Of a stretch of DNA of 64,000 bases, positions 20,598 through 35,954 are shown one piece after another. The stretch is from Amoebidium appalachense. Taxonomy: Eukaryota; Protista; Ichthyosporea. Position 1 is the stretch's first letter. Every line of letters begins with the position of its first letter. Position numbers and translations under genes: made by a program. The notes below the pieces were generated by a model. It made no database searches. It was not told the origin of the DNA and was given only the letters and a program-made list of their open reading frames with translations. Location: contig CAVNZM010000016.1 in assembly GCA_963693365.1 (NCBI GenBank), positions 5,262,543-5,326,542 of the forward strand. Reading direction: 5' to 3'.

Positions 20598-21506
20598 ATG
20601 GCACGCCTTCACGTTAGCCCCATTCCATACAACTGGAAGGAGGGAGAGCTAACGGGCTTCTTTTCTTCGTATGGGATACCCAAGAACATCATCGTCAAGG
20701 ACGGCTTCGGTAGGTGGCAAAAGCTTCACACCATTGTTTCACACCATGTGACAAAAGTTTGCTGTTCACATGGCATGATTTGATTTTGGTTGACGAATCC
20801 ACCTCTCTTGTCGACCAGCCCTGTCTATACCTTGTGTCACCATCGTCTCCAAGTGATTCAGCATTTCTCGACAACATCCTTGTTCTAGACATTAGCAAAA
20901 ATTACTTTGGGTTTCCCCCTCCCCCGGCCATCGCAATAACCCCCCTCCTTGCCCTTTTGGCAGCTGCTCTCTAACCGACCAAGTTCCATCATGCTTAGAA
21001 GTAACTATCTAATTCAGAGTAGTTCAGTTAACCTTTTCCTGTCCTCCCTTCCAAGAATCCCTCTTCCTCCCACATTCCACATGTCCAAAAACAGAAGTCA
21101 CAGTGTTGTCTGACCCGTTTTGTGCAACCACCCCCATGGCGCCACTGAAGTCTTTTCCTTCGTTCATCTTTTTCATCCACACACGATTCTTTCCGCACCA
21201 GGGTTCTCCCCTCTCACCACAACTTGGGCTACCACACGACCACCAACCTCACTCCCCCTGCACCTCCCCCCAGCCCTCCTCCTTCCCTCTTCCATCTCAC
21301 CTCCTCCCATTTCATTCCCTTCATTTCCCCCGCCACGTCACCCCACCAACACACACTGGCACACACACACACACACACACTCACACACACTCACACACTG
21401 ACACACAAACCCTCAGCATCTCACCTGCTCTCCCAACTCTCACTCACTCCCCCACTCCTCCCCCCCCCCCCCCCCCCCCCGCCCCACCCAAAAAAAAGCT
21501 CCCATC

Positions 21507-21537
<31 letters not shown>

Positions 21538-22301
21538 CACACACACTCATGCAGGGTTCATCGAGTATGACACCATAGAGGAGACCAAGCGGGCCCAGAA
21601 GGAGCTGCAGGACAGAGACCTCGGCAGGGGCCCAGTCAGCATCACTATCATCCGCCAGCCTGAGCCTTGTACGTGTTTCTGGGGGTTTCTGGGTGTTTGT
21701 ATGCCTAAGGCCCTTTCTAGATACCTGTGGGTTCTGACCGTGTTATCTGAACCTGACTTTACTACCCCCCCCACCCCCCCCCTCCCCCCCCCCCCTTCTT
21801 CCCCCCCCCTCAACCTCCCCCCCCCCCCTCCCGCCGGCCCTGTCATCCTTTCTGCCCATCGACTCCCACCCGTCCTCCTACCGTTGACCCCTCTCACCGT
21901 TGCGGGTAGTGGGGTGTGGTGGGAGGAGGGACGGAGTGGGGGGGAGAGGGGACACACCCCATCGACTCGGACACAGAATACAAACCCATACACTTTCCCC
22001 CTCCCCAGTTTTACCTTGCCCGAAATCCCCCCCCCCCCCCCCCCCTCCCCCCCCCCCCCCCCCCCTCCCACACACAAATGCGCATAAAAAATGATGACAA
22101 AGCCAACAATAATGAAAATATCAACAATATCAATAACAGCAACACAACTGCGAACATACAATACACATCAAATCCCCTATGTGTTGCACTGCCACTTTGA
22201 ACATGCACCAGGTGGGCCTAGAGTCTGATGGTGGGTGGTTGCAGACAAGCAGGTCGAGAAGCGCAGGCACGAGAGTCCCGAAGCAAGAACGGATCGTGAG
22301 G

Positions 22302-22334
<33 letters not shown>

Positions 22335-23420
22335 CACAAGCCTCCGATCCCTTTTGCCATTTCGGCTCTTCTCTACCGCTACCCTCTGTATTACCCCCCT
22401 CCCCCCCACCCGTGTTTTTTCCTCTTCCATTGGGTTGTCCATCCTATCAGGACGCCCCCCTCCCCACCTAGGCGCCCCTCTCTCTACCAGTTTCGTGTAT
22501 TCATATGCTCTTTCTGATTACACGTCCCCCCTCCCTTCCCCCCCCACCCTCTCCTCCCCCCCCCCCTCCCCCCCCCCCCCCCCCTCATCCCCTTTCCCTC
22601 CTTTGCCACAGAAATCCAATGTTCTTCTGTACCCTTCCCTCCCCTCCCCTCCTCCGGCTCCCTTTACATTGCCCGTTCCGCTTTTCCGACTCACGCACCC
22701 CCCCCCCTCCCCCCCCCCCCCCCCCCCCCCCCCCGCCACCCTCCCCCCTCTCCCCCCACTCCCACCCACTCTTAAGCCTTCCCAAAGCCCATTTCCATAT
22801 CTTTTGTGGGCCTACTGGCTCTTCTAATATGTTCTGTGCAACTCTGCTCGTTTTCTCGTCATCCATGTGTGTGCCTTACACACACAGCCCTATGGGTCTG
22901 TCTATTCTCTCTTCGTAAAGAAAGCCCTCTGCTCATGAAATTCTCATCTTGCTCCTCCCCCCCCCCCCCCCGCCCCCCCCCCCAAACACACACACTCACA
23001 CCTGTCCACACCCACTCATCCCCCCCCCCCCCCCCCCATACCCGCCTGCTTACCCGCCTTCTTTCCGCAACGCCCCATCTTCCCACCTATGACACCCACC
23101 TCCCAGCTACCCCCTCCCCACCCACCCTAACCCCCCTTCCCTTCCCTCTTCTCGCCTTCCCCTTCCCCTCTTCCATTTTGGTTCTAGGAGAACACAGGGA
23201 CGGTGGAGAAAGTGGGAGGGACTAAGTAGAGAGCCGGTTGGGTGGATGGCTGGGACTAGGTGTATGGACACACCCACACCCACACACACACACACACACC
23301 CACACACACACACACACACCGTCTCGCCCCTCCCTCCCCCTTCCCTTTTTTCTCATTCTCTCTCTCTCTCTCGCAAGGTAGAGTTCTCCCCCTCCCAGCT
23401 CTGTCTCCCCCCCCCCCCCC

Positions 23421-23453
<33 letters not shown>

Positions 23454-26400
23454 ACACACACACACAATACTTAACCCCTATCTGCCACCCCCACAGCTTC
23501 GGATGGAAAAGGCAGCCAAGGAGATACTCGAGTGTGTGGGTGAGGACCCGGACAGGGAGGGTACGTCACAACTATCCCCCCCTCCCCCCCTCGTCCCCCT
23601 CCCCAACCCCCCCCCCCCCCCCCCGGGCCCCCCATAGCCCGTTTTCCGGCCTGCCCCCCCCCCCCCCCCCCCCCCCCCCCACACACACACACGTGACAAC
23701 CACATAAACACCCTCGATCTCTATAACTACATACCTATATGCCCACCCAGTGAGTCCCACCTAATCCATCCCCACTTCCGGTATTGTTTGCATCTGTGTA
23801 GTCTATCTATAGCTAACGCACAGTTTTTTGCCTTCAAAGTTATTCTTCGTATGGTGGACAGTCTTTTGACCCCCTGCTCGTACCATTGAACCCCACCCCC
23901 AACACCACCACCATCACCCCATCCACCCACACACACAACCTCCAACTTCCCTTCCTTCCCTGCTCACATTTTCTCCCCGCCCGGACTCGCCGAAAGACAC
24001 ACACACACCATCATACACACACACACGCACGCACACACGCACCTCAGTTCCTACTTTTCCCCCTCCCTCTCTCTCCCCCCCCCCATGTCTCTGTTAGTGA
24101 CACTGACAACGTGCATGTTTCAGGCCTTCTCAAGACACCTCTGCGTATGGCCCAGGCTATGCTCTTCTTTACTAAGGGCTACCAACAGACCCCGGCTGGT
24201 ATTTAACCATACTCCCCCCCTCCCCTCCCCCCCCCTCCCCCCCCCCCCCCCCGCCCCCCGCCCCTCTCCCCCTGGACTTTCTTTGTGCCATGTGCTTTGC
24301 AAACTTTGCATTGTTGTCCGTCGTGAATGCCAGTGTACTTCGTTCACTCCAACACATTATAATCCCCCCCCCCCCCCCCCCCCCCCCCCCCTTCTCCCCC
24401 CCCCCCCCCCCCCCCTGCGCGCCCCCAGCCCCGCCCCCGCCCCCGGATTCAGGTTGGCTGGGTCACTGAGTGTATAAGCTGGATGGTCGGGTTACATGTA
24501 TGTTCAGTGTTCTTCAGAGTTCTTGGGTTGAAATCATGTTTAGCCTTAAGGAGAAAGGGTTCATTTTGAAATTTCACTATGTAATTGATCAAATTTCATA
24601 TGTAGGATTATCGGCCCCCACTGAGTGTCGGAAGTTAGGGAGTATGGGGGATTACGATCTGCCGTTATGCACATGCATGGTTCATGGCCGCACTCAATTT
24701 GATTGGTGGAGATATAACGGACCAATAGTCTCATATACCATATATGGTATATGAGGAAATTTAGTTTTGAACCCTTTCTCCTTAATGGATTCACGGTGCG
24801 TGTGTTTATGGGATGTGGTTCGTGGGTTAAAGGGCATACTCTGGAGGAGCCCTGAAGGGAATATAGCAGGGTGCTATTCAATTGATTTTCACACATGTGA
24901 CGAGGGTTTAAGGGATACTATATCAGGGCGCTCTTTCAATTGATTTTCACACATGCGACATGGGTTTTAAGGGATATATCAGGGCGCACATTTGATTGAA
25001 TTTCACACATGCGACGTGGGTGGCAAGGGATATATCAGGGCGCTCATTTGATTGATTCTCACACATGTGATGAGGGGTTTAAGGTAATATGTCAAAGGGC
25101 TGACCGATTGTACTATCACACATGTGCACGTGGGGTTCACTCGCACCCACCTATGCACACGTACACACAAGCGTGCACACGTACGTGTGGAACGACATAC
25201 ACACAAGCAGACACTGTAGACTCATGGCCGGGCAGGGCACATGCCACACACGTGGGCCAACATACACGTGAACATGACACAAGTTGTACACCGTGTCGGT
25301 GTCTTCCTCGCATCTGCACACCCACACAAACGGACACATGCAGTGCACGGCCATGTCAAACACACGTATGCAGACTTACACACACACACACATGTACACG
25401 AACACGTACACGTAGACACCCACACACACAAACAAAAACACACACGTATGCAGAGGTGATGAACGGTGCAGTGTTTACATGCACACATGCACACACATGC
25501 ACACACACACACACACGTGCACACACACACACACACACACACACGAACACGCACACGTACACGTACACTCTGACTGACACGTGCACGTATGCAGAGGTGA
25601 TGAACGGTGCCGTGTTCGAGGAGGACCATGACGACATGGTGATTGTGAGGGACATTGAGATCTTCTCCATGTGTGAGCACCACATGGTCCCCTTCACCGG
25701 CAAGGTGTGTGTGTGTGTGTCACAGTGTTTGGCCGTTTGGACGTGTGGGGGTGTGCGTGTGCGCGTGTACTAGTATGTGGCTGGGTGGGTGCTTGATTGG
25801 ATATGTATGTGTGTGTGTATCTGTGTGTGTGTGGCCTTCTGTGTGTGTATTTGTGTGTGTGTGTGTGTCCGTGTGCTACATATAAGTGTGTCGTGGGTGG
25901 TTGGGTGGGGTGATGGTGGTTGTTTGGTGGTGGTGGTAGGTATGGGGATTGGCTGGGAGAATGTATATAACATCGTCCGAGTCCCCCCTCCCCCCCTCCC
26001 CCCCTTGCCCCGCTTTTCGCCGCTCCCCTTCTAAGAATGGGTGCTACTTATGTTGCATGAAGTTATCCCTGTATGGATTTGTAGTCCATACTGTGAACAG
26101 CATTCTTAAAAAAAAACCCTGTTCCCCCAGATCCACATCGGCTACATCCCCTACAAGAAGGTGCTTGGTCTGAGCAAGGTGGCCCGCATTGCTGAAATTT
26201 ACAGCCGCAGGCTCCAGGTCCAGGTATCTACAAAACACCCCAAAAGAATATCTATAAACACCCCTGAAAAATACATATATACCTCATTAAACCCCCCTCC
26301 CCGCAAGAATATCATGATGCTCCCCTGAAAAACATCCAGGGTCCCGGGTTAAGTGTTTCCTGCATACTTCTTTTGGTCTCTTTTTTTGTCTTTGTTTCCT

Positions 26401-27260
26401 TTTATAGCCGTCCGCTGGGCCATGCCTTTTCCTTCGCTGTCCCCAACTTTCAACACATACATATCATTCCCCCCCCCCCCCCCCCCCCTGGTGCAGGAGC
26501 GGCTGACCAAGCAGATTGCTTGTGCTCTGATGGACACGGTGGAGCCCCGCGGTGTGGCCGTGGTCATGGAGGCAGCGTAAGTGTGTGTGTGTTTGTACGT
26601 GTACGTGTACGTGTGTGTGTGTGTGTGCGCACGTGAGTGTACGCGTATGTGTTGTGTACGTGTACGGGTGTGGGTGTACGTGTGTGCACCTCCTCTCTCT
26701 CTCTGTCTCTCTCTCTCTTTCTGTGTGTGTGTGTGCGTGTGTGTGTGTGTGTGAATGTACACGTGTGTACGAGTGAATGTGTGTGTGTGTATGTGTTTGT
26801 ATCTGTGTGCCGGCGTATATCCTCCCTCCCCCCTCCCCCCTTCCCCCCCTCCCCCACCTTTCAATCTGCTCGCCTGTGTCCTCGGCACTTCCTTCCTTAA
26901 AGCACCGGCTTGTTGATCCGTCCACTGGGCCCCTTCACACATGCTCCCCCCCCCCCCCTCCCCCCCCCCCCCCCCCCCCCCCCCCCCGGGCCTTCCCCTC
27001 TTCCCCCCGGGCGTCGTGTGCCTTTGTGCTCGGTTTGGTTGGTTTCAATATAACCCATACCCTCCACCCCCCCGACCCCACCCTCCCTCCGTGGCACACA
27101 CACACACACACACACACACAGGCACATGTGCATGGTGATGCGTGGAGTGCAGAAACCCCACGCCTCCACCACCACCAGTGTCATGCTTGGAGAATTCCGT
27201 GAGAGCAACAAGACCAGAGAGGAATTCCTGTCTCTGGTCAACCGCCCCTCTGCTAGGTAA
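20598..27260 (+). CDS. GCH1: GTP cyclohydrolase I with N-terminal RRM domain (9 exons, ~280 aa)
   Basis: Exons 20598-20709, 21555-21668, 22245-22300, 23497-23560, 24124-24198, 25595-25704, 26131-26223, 26497-26576, 27122-27260, all GT-AG and phase-compatible. GCH1 motifs [55 protein letters not shown] motifs LHVSPI (RNP2) and DGFGFIEY (RNP1). The enzyme call is near certain; the linker exon 22245-22300 is the least certain part. Confidence 0.9.
24860..25095. repeat. Minisatellite, ~55 bp unit, ~4 copies, inside a GCH1 intron
   Basis: Repeated ttgattttcacacatgcgacgtgggtttaagggatatatcagggcgc. Confidence 0.8.
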
Positions 27261-30183
27261 ACGACAGAAAAAGTGGGAAATTCGGGAAATGCAATAGCAG
27301 ATGTTGATGAAGATTGATAGTGTTGTAGATGCTATGTAGATTTGGTGAGCTGAAAACTATTAGTTTGAACGCTGCAAACATATATGTCAAGACTCCATTA
27401 TATTCTTACATTCGTCGACGCTTTATGATGGATCGATCATTATAGTATTTTGTTTTATTATTATTGGATTGGTGTGCCATAACACAATGGATGTAAAGGG
27501 GGGGGGGGGGGGTTACATAAATTTAAATGTGCCTTAAATTTTTAATGCCATTATTTTTAATGTGTATAGTTTGGCCGTCTGGTAACAGCCTAAGATGTGC
27601 GCTTTGGAGGCCTAGCATTAACCCGTCGTAGTTTGTTTTAACTGCACGAAGGCAGTATGACATTGTTTCCCTGAATGGCAGAAGTCCATTAGGGTCCATT
27701 TGTAACTGACTGCTCATAGGTTGAAGATCACGTCTTAATAAAGGCGCCTGCTAAGTTGGCTGGGTAACAGACACGGCCTGTGAGCAACAAAGAACCCCCC
27801 CCCCCCCCTCCCCCCTCCCCCCCCAAAAATGACTTTTGGCGCCGGTGATTATGTTTGTTGCATACAGGGGTAGGCTAAACTTGAGATTTTCCGAATGTCA
27901 GATTTTAGCGCTAGAAATTGGGAAAGTTAAGATTCTAATTAACTAGGCCCTACAAAATAATAAATTCAAGATTTTTTTCTTTTGTCCTTGTAGGGCTAGG
28001 GGGGTCCGAAAGCAATATTCTAGCTGGCTAGAGCCAAAAATCACGTAATCTTAATGTCGGCCTACCCTTGTACATACTACGCCTTGCTGATGTTGCATGC
28101 TTGAATGCTTTCTTTTGCATGTATCCTGCAACGTGTTTCTCATGGTACGCATTAGTGTCGGACTTTGTACCCTATTCCACATCGATCCCCCCCCCCCCCC
28201 CCCCCCCATCCCCTTACCCCCCTCCCCCCCCTCCCCCCCCCCCCCCCTCCTCTTCACCACCACAACCTCCATCGTGCATGTCTCGCTCCTCAACCGCCTC
28301 CCACTCCAACTGCTTACGTATACGTGTGATAAGAAATTTCGTATTCCAGAATTGTTTTTTTAGTGGGTTTGTCTTCGTTGCCAAGTCATGAACTTCAAGG
28401 TATGTCACTGAGAGATCTTACAGGGTACTACCCCCTATATGCATGGCGCTGCACGATTTACTGTATTCAAACCCGCAAATTGAATCCCCCCTCCCCCCCC
28501 CCCCCCCCCCCAGCTCCCCCCCCCCCCCCCCCCCCCCCGCTCGACACACACACCATGGACACGGTGAACAGGGTGATCATCTCAGTCTTGATCATGATGC
28601 CAGCACCGTCCGGCCTTATGGTACCATTGCAACTTGAAGGGTCATAGTCCAGCTAGCTATGATACAAACCCAGGAATTTCAAATACCACTCAATAACGGT
28701 GCACATGTTTTGTTGTGCTTGATAGCCATGCTACAACTCGTCCGTGTCAATTGCTGGAAATGTTATCTGGTTACGCCCCCTCCCCCCCCCCCCTCCCCTC
28801 TTCCCCCCCCCCCCTCCCCGCGCACACCCCCCCTCCCCCCCCCCCCCCCCCCCCCCAACTTGAACGGAGGGATGCAAGTGTGTGCATTTGGAGGTATATG
28901 GAGTACCACGATAAAACGTGCAGGGAAGATTCCACCAATTCAAAAACTAACATTAGAGTTCTGTGGATTGCTTCGGAATTCTACAGCCCTCCTCCCCCTC
29001 CTCCCCCTCCCCCCTCCCCCCCCCCCCATACGTGGCCATAATTCCCACCCAGCAGCTCAGAAATCTTACATGCTGCATGGATGCATGCAACTTGAAGTTT
29101 GCCACTCACACAAGCTATTAATATGCCAAGCTGATAACATGTGTTGTATGCACATTGGCATGCAAATGGCCTTAAAGTTTGCATGTTTCAGCTCGTAAAC
29201 AGGCAAGTATCCACATGCAGGCTTACAGGTGGGTCGTTCTGCACACACACAATGTCACACAAACATTTAAAGAGTCTTGGAAACACAGGTACGCGCACAT
29301 ATGTCGTTGTATTATTACACAAACTCTTTAGCGTGCGGCACACAAGAACACAATGCCATGTTGTACCCAGACACATGATTGGTCAAATTGAAATTTCATT
29401 CAGGGGGGAACCATTGCAAATTTAGGCACGCACAGCACCGGGCTGGCACGGTCTTTGCAACTTCACACACCGTGGCATGTGGTCAATGATCAGAGCTAGA
29501 GTAGGAACTGGTGTGGTGAAATTTTGGTGGGACTTGCAAGGTTTGTGGTGCTGGGCGGTAAAACCAGGCTTAGAAGGCCTTGCCTGTCTGAGCCTCCTCT
29601 GCTGCCCCCCCCATTACATTTTCATATGCCAAGCCAGCCTAGCCTACGGATAAAAAAGACATCAGTGCCACACCCGTGCCCCATACTTGAGCAGAGGCAA
29701 GTACTAAATGCTCTGGCAACAGCGCTTTGAGCAGTGAAGCGAGGCCTCACCACACAGTTCAGCTGCAGGGGCACTCAGCGGCCACCGTGCACTCTGAGTG
29801 AAAAAAAAAAAAAAAACCGTGAAAAAGTATGATAACGATCAGCGGCTCTGACAGAGAGCCGCATTTAAAGTCTAATAGAAGTGGTGTTTTGTTGTCTTGT
29901 AGAAATTGAGACCGTCGCAGTTTCTTAACAGCTTTAAAACCGCTTTTTCATTGGCGTCTAGCTTTTAAAAAAAAGTCGTTATAAATATTATGGGCTTTAT
30001 GGCAACATTCTACTTGTTGAAAGTCTTCCAACAAGAATGCAATCTGAAAAAAGAGGAATCTAATAGCCATGTCTACCTGATCTAAATAAAATATAGTATA
30101 AGAAACCCCCCCCCCCCCCCCCCTCAAATTTTGCCCTAGAAAACGGATATTTCAACGGCGTCTTCCGGCCCCGGGAGATAAAC

Positions 30184-32225
<2,042 letters not shown>

Positions 32226-32319
32226 AGGTATACCATGTTGTTGTGTGTGAATATTTTAGATAGTCCATGTTATTGTGTGTGAATATTCTTTGTTAATGTG
32301 AGTGTATGTTTCAGATAGC

Positions 32320-32665
32320 CAATGTTGTTGTGTGGATGTTCTAGGTAGCCATTGTTTTTGTGTGTGGATATTCTGCTTGTTGTTGTGTTGTGGATATTCT
32401 GCTTGTTGTTGTCATAGTGTGGATATTCTGCTTGTTGTTGTGTTGTGGATATTCTGCTTGTTCTTGTGTTGTGGACATTCTGCTTGTTGTTGGCACAGTG
32501 TGGATATTCTGCTAGTTCTTGTGTTGTGGATATTCTGCTTGTTGTTATGTTGTGGATATTCTGCTTGTTGTTATGTTGTGGATATTCTGCTAGTTCTTGT
32601 GTTATGAATATTCTGCATGTTGTTGTGTTGTGGAAATTCTGCTTGTTGCTGTGTTGTGGATATGA
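32320..32665. repeat. Minisatellite, ~27-34 bp unit, ~11 copies
   Basis: Repeated tgtgttgtggatattctgcttgttgt. Confidence 0.9.
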
Positions 32666-33988
32666 AAAACTATATAAGTATTCGGGGCAAGGACAGGGAA
32701 GCAGAGACACAGTGGTGCAGTGTAAAAACACCACAAACACACGGGAACAAGGAACAAGGAAAACAGGAACGATCGGAGCAGCGTACACAATGATGTCTGG
32801 ACACAACTGAAGGAGAGAAAGAAAAGAAAATAAAGAAGGAGAAAGGGAAAGGAGAAGAGAGCATAGATCAACAAACAAGATAGCAATAGTATAACTATAA
32901 CTAAAGATATTTATGTTACACACGAACATGTACACGTCTCTCCCTGAGTGGGTGGATCCGTGTACACACATATAAATATTCTAATCGATATTACAACACA
33001 CGATTAAAGCCGATACAACACGATTACAAGTATATAAGCATATCTGTAAACAACTGTACACATGAACTGTACATGTTTACTAAAGAATGTGAACTGATAG
33101 CACACGATTCGTGCTTTGTCATGAATGTCGCATATATTTTATGTCCGCGCCAATAGGAATCACTCTTACCTAAGAAGTGAACCATATATGGTTCTACCGC
33201 TGCATACCTGGTCCACATAAACAAAGTGAACCAATAAGATGTTTGCATAAATAGGACGAAGGTCTGACTGGCTCGGACCGCACCAGAATCACGAATGGCA
33301 CGTTGCCACCCGCGCTGGCCGCGGATGAACCAATCCTGGGCCTTGATCCGAAACCTGGGGGCTATATAACAAAGCCGTCCCAGTACGGGGATCACATCTG
33401 ATTCAGTGAAGTCTGAGACAGACTGAGTCGGCCCATAGTAAAAGCAACCTGGCCGCGTGTGCCTTTCTACCCGTTCTCTGGCTTTATTTTGATTCAGTTG
33501 CACTTGCCTTATCCTAACCAGTTCAACTGTTTACATTGGCGACCGCGCAGTTCAAGAATCTCGCATCCTTCGAATCTCACATCTTTCAATCAGTTCAAGA
33601 ATCTCACATCCTTCAATTACCCCAAGAATCTGCCATGGCCGATCACAATCCCTTTTACCACGATGATAGGCACATCCTTCCTTATCCGGCTTAGAATATA
33701 CACCGACAAGTTTGAAGTGGCCAGCCCACCTCTAAGAACTCGGAACGAATTGAAAGCATGAAAATCTTCTTTTGCTACGACACAAAAAATGTGAAGAAAA
33801 ACGAATACACAACGAAACAACGAATACACGAACAAACGAATAAAGAATTGCTAACGAAGCAATGAACCAACGAAAAACGAACCATCACGAATACACAACG
33901 AAATAACGAATCAACGACAAACGAATGCATAGAGGAAATACGAAATGCCATGCAACACGAAAACAAAACGAAGTAACGAATATTATCT

Positions 33989-34084
33989 ATGAAAACTACT
34001 CCGGGACGTGTGTTGCCTCTAGGGGGACATCCCCTTGGACGAAAGTGAACCTGCAATGGTTGTAAACCACGGCAAGCCCCCAGT
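33989..34084 (+). repeat. Family C copy 2, preceded by (ACGAA)-rich low-complexity sequence at ~33790-33980
   Basis: Reverse complement match to 15837-15932. Confidence 0.75.
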
Positions 34085-34189
34085 GTTGTAATACGTAGTA
34101 TCTACATATTGTAAGATCTTCTCAGTTCGTGTTATGTTTTCGTTCATTTGCTTAGTGTAAACATGCGCTCCTTGTACGTAAATTATGGC

Positions 34190-34697
34190 CAGGAAGATCA
34201 GTGGTTGCCTGAGTTTCATTTGGATTGCCCGTTTTCTATTCGTGCTTATGAGGCTAGATTAGTGCAGAGGGAGTTGCCTAGTGCTCCCTCTAGGCCGAAG
34301 AGAGTTATTCCTCAGTTTAATCGTGGTGTGAAAAAGTCGGTGGGGGAGGGGGCCGGGGGGGGGGGGAGTGATGCAAATACACGTAGACACACGGGGGGAG
34401 GGGGGGAGGGGGGGGGGGGAGACCGAGGAGGAGTGTGAACGTAGTCGTAGGAATTTAATTTATTATCATAGGTGTCTCCGTAGGTATCAAGCTTATCAAT
34501 TATGGTGTAGTTTAATTTATTATTTTTCTTCGTAATTTATTTAATTTAATTTTTTTTGGGAGACTGATTAGTCTATGTCTTTTAGGGGGTGTTAGATGTA
34601 ATGTCACTGAGGTGGGACTCAGCTTTTCCGGGGGCCGGGGGGGAGTTGACATATACTAATCCGTCTCAGCAGATCAACCTAAGTCTACGATCGAGAT

Positions 34698-34730
<33 letters not shown>

Positions 34731-35377
34731 GGCCCGGGTCCACAGATCATCAAGATCAAGTCCGGGGCCTCAAGATAGCTGACAGTGTACAGCTGCGTGC
34801 ATCTTGCCTCTGCCGGCGCAGGGCACTGGACCACGTCAGCTGGAGCAGCCGACCAATAGAATTCTAATTAGTGTGTAGGATAGATCATAGCAAAACTTTG
34901 GAATGTGATAAGTTCGGGCAGAAGCCCTTTGTAAATATTGGCAAGTTTTGATAGTGTATGCTGCCAAACGTATTTATATATTTCGATGTAGAGGAAAGGG
35001 GGGAGGGAGGGGGGGGAGGAGATAGTATGAAATGTAGAATTAGACTCTGCGGTGCCACAAGGGGAAGGGAGAGGGGTGAGACTTGGATGATTATATTAGT
35101 GTGAGCCGATCGACTTAGCTCGTGCAGGCGCACGATAAAGTTAGATCGGAATGTACGGAATGTGGCATCGTAGGGGGGCCAGGTGATGATGATCTTGTGG
35201 AGCACGGCCTTGATGGCCTCAGTTGTGACTTAGCCTCATTCCGTTCGGATCTAAGTTTGCCCGTCGGAGCCTGGTCTTAATAAACTTTACCGTTTTTCAG
35301 TACACGTTCGTTCCTTTCCGTGTATGTACTCTTAGTAGAGTGCCGCGTCTCTAATACATACACGTTAGGATACGACA
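34190..35377 (+). mobile_element. 5'-truncated Ty3/gypsy copy: chromodomain end, 3' UTR, polypurine tract and 3' LTR (34647-35377)
   Basis: QEDQWLPEFHLDCPFSIRAYEAR is identical to the integrase end of the full element; LTR runs TGACA...CGACA with several substitutions relative to 38331-39050; opposite orientation. Confidence 0.9.
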
Positions 35378-35562
35378 GCCGCTTTTACACTAAGTACATG
35401 AACTAAAACATAACACAAACTGAAAAGATCTTACATAATGTAGATACTACGTACTACAACATCCTCACTTAAGACTTTGAAGTTTGTGTTCTGACATATC
35501 CCCACTAAACTTATTAAATCTCCCCACTTGAGAACGGAAACGAAAAAGTAAAGTTTGTATCC

Positions 35563-35604
<42 letters not shown>

Positions 35605-35954
35605 GGGGGGAGGGGGGGGGGGGGGGGAGGGACAGACCAAACACACCAAAAAAAAATATAGATAAGAATATATAGAACTCACGGGCAAAGTACAAGGTAA
35701 TTACAGTTGGTGGTAAAAAAAAAAAAATAAGGTAAATTAGTGGTGGTAGAAACCTCCACATCTTGAAGTCAAAATTATTCCTCTCTCGAGGGGGGCAGAA
35801 GCAAACTCCTCAAACAAAGTCCACACACAAAGTCCACAAACAAAGTCCACAAGTGGGTGAAAACCCCGACGGTGGGCGCAAAACCCGAAGAAAACCTCCA
35901 GAAAGAAAGCACGATAAAGTCCCCACTGATGTTGAAGAAACTTTGAAAATCAAT

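Noticed and set aside
22212-22244. Upstream acceptor (cag at 22209-22211) for the GCH1 linker exon
   Set aside because: It introduces an in-frame TGA at 22226; the acceptor at 22244 keeps the frame open.
15355-30000. PTPS gene completing the BH4 pathway
   Set aside because: No FSA.HRL or GHGHNY-type motif found by eye on either strand; micro-exons could have been missed.
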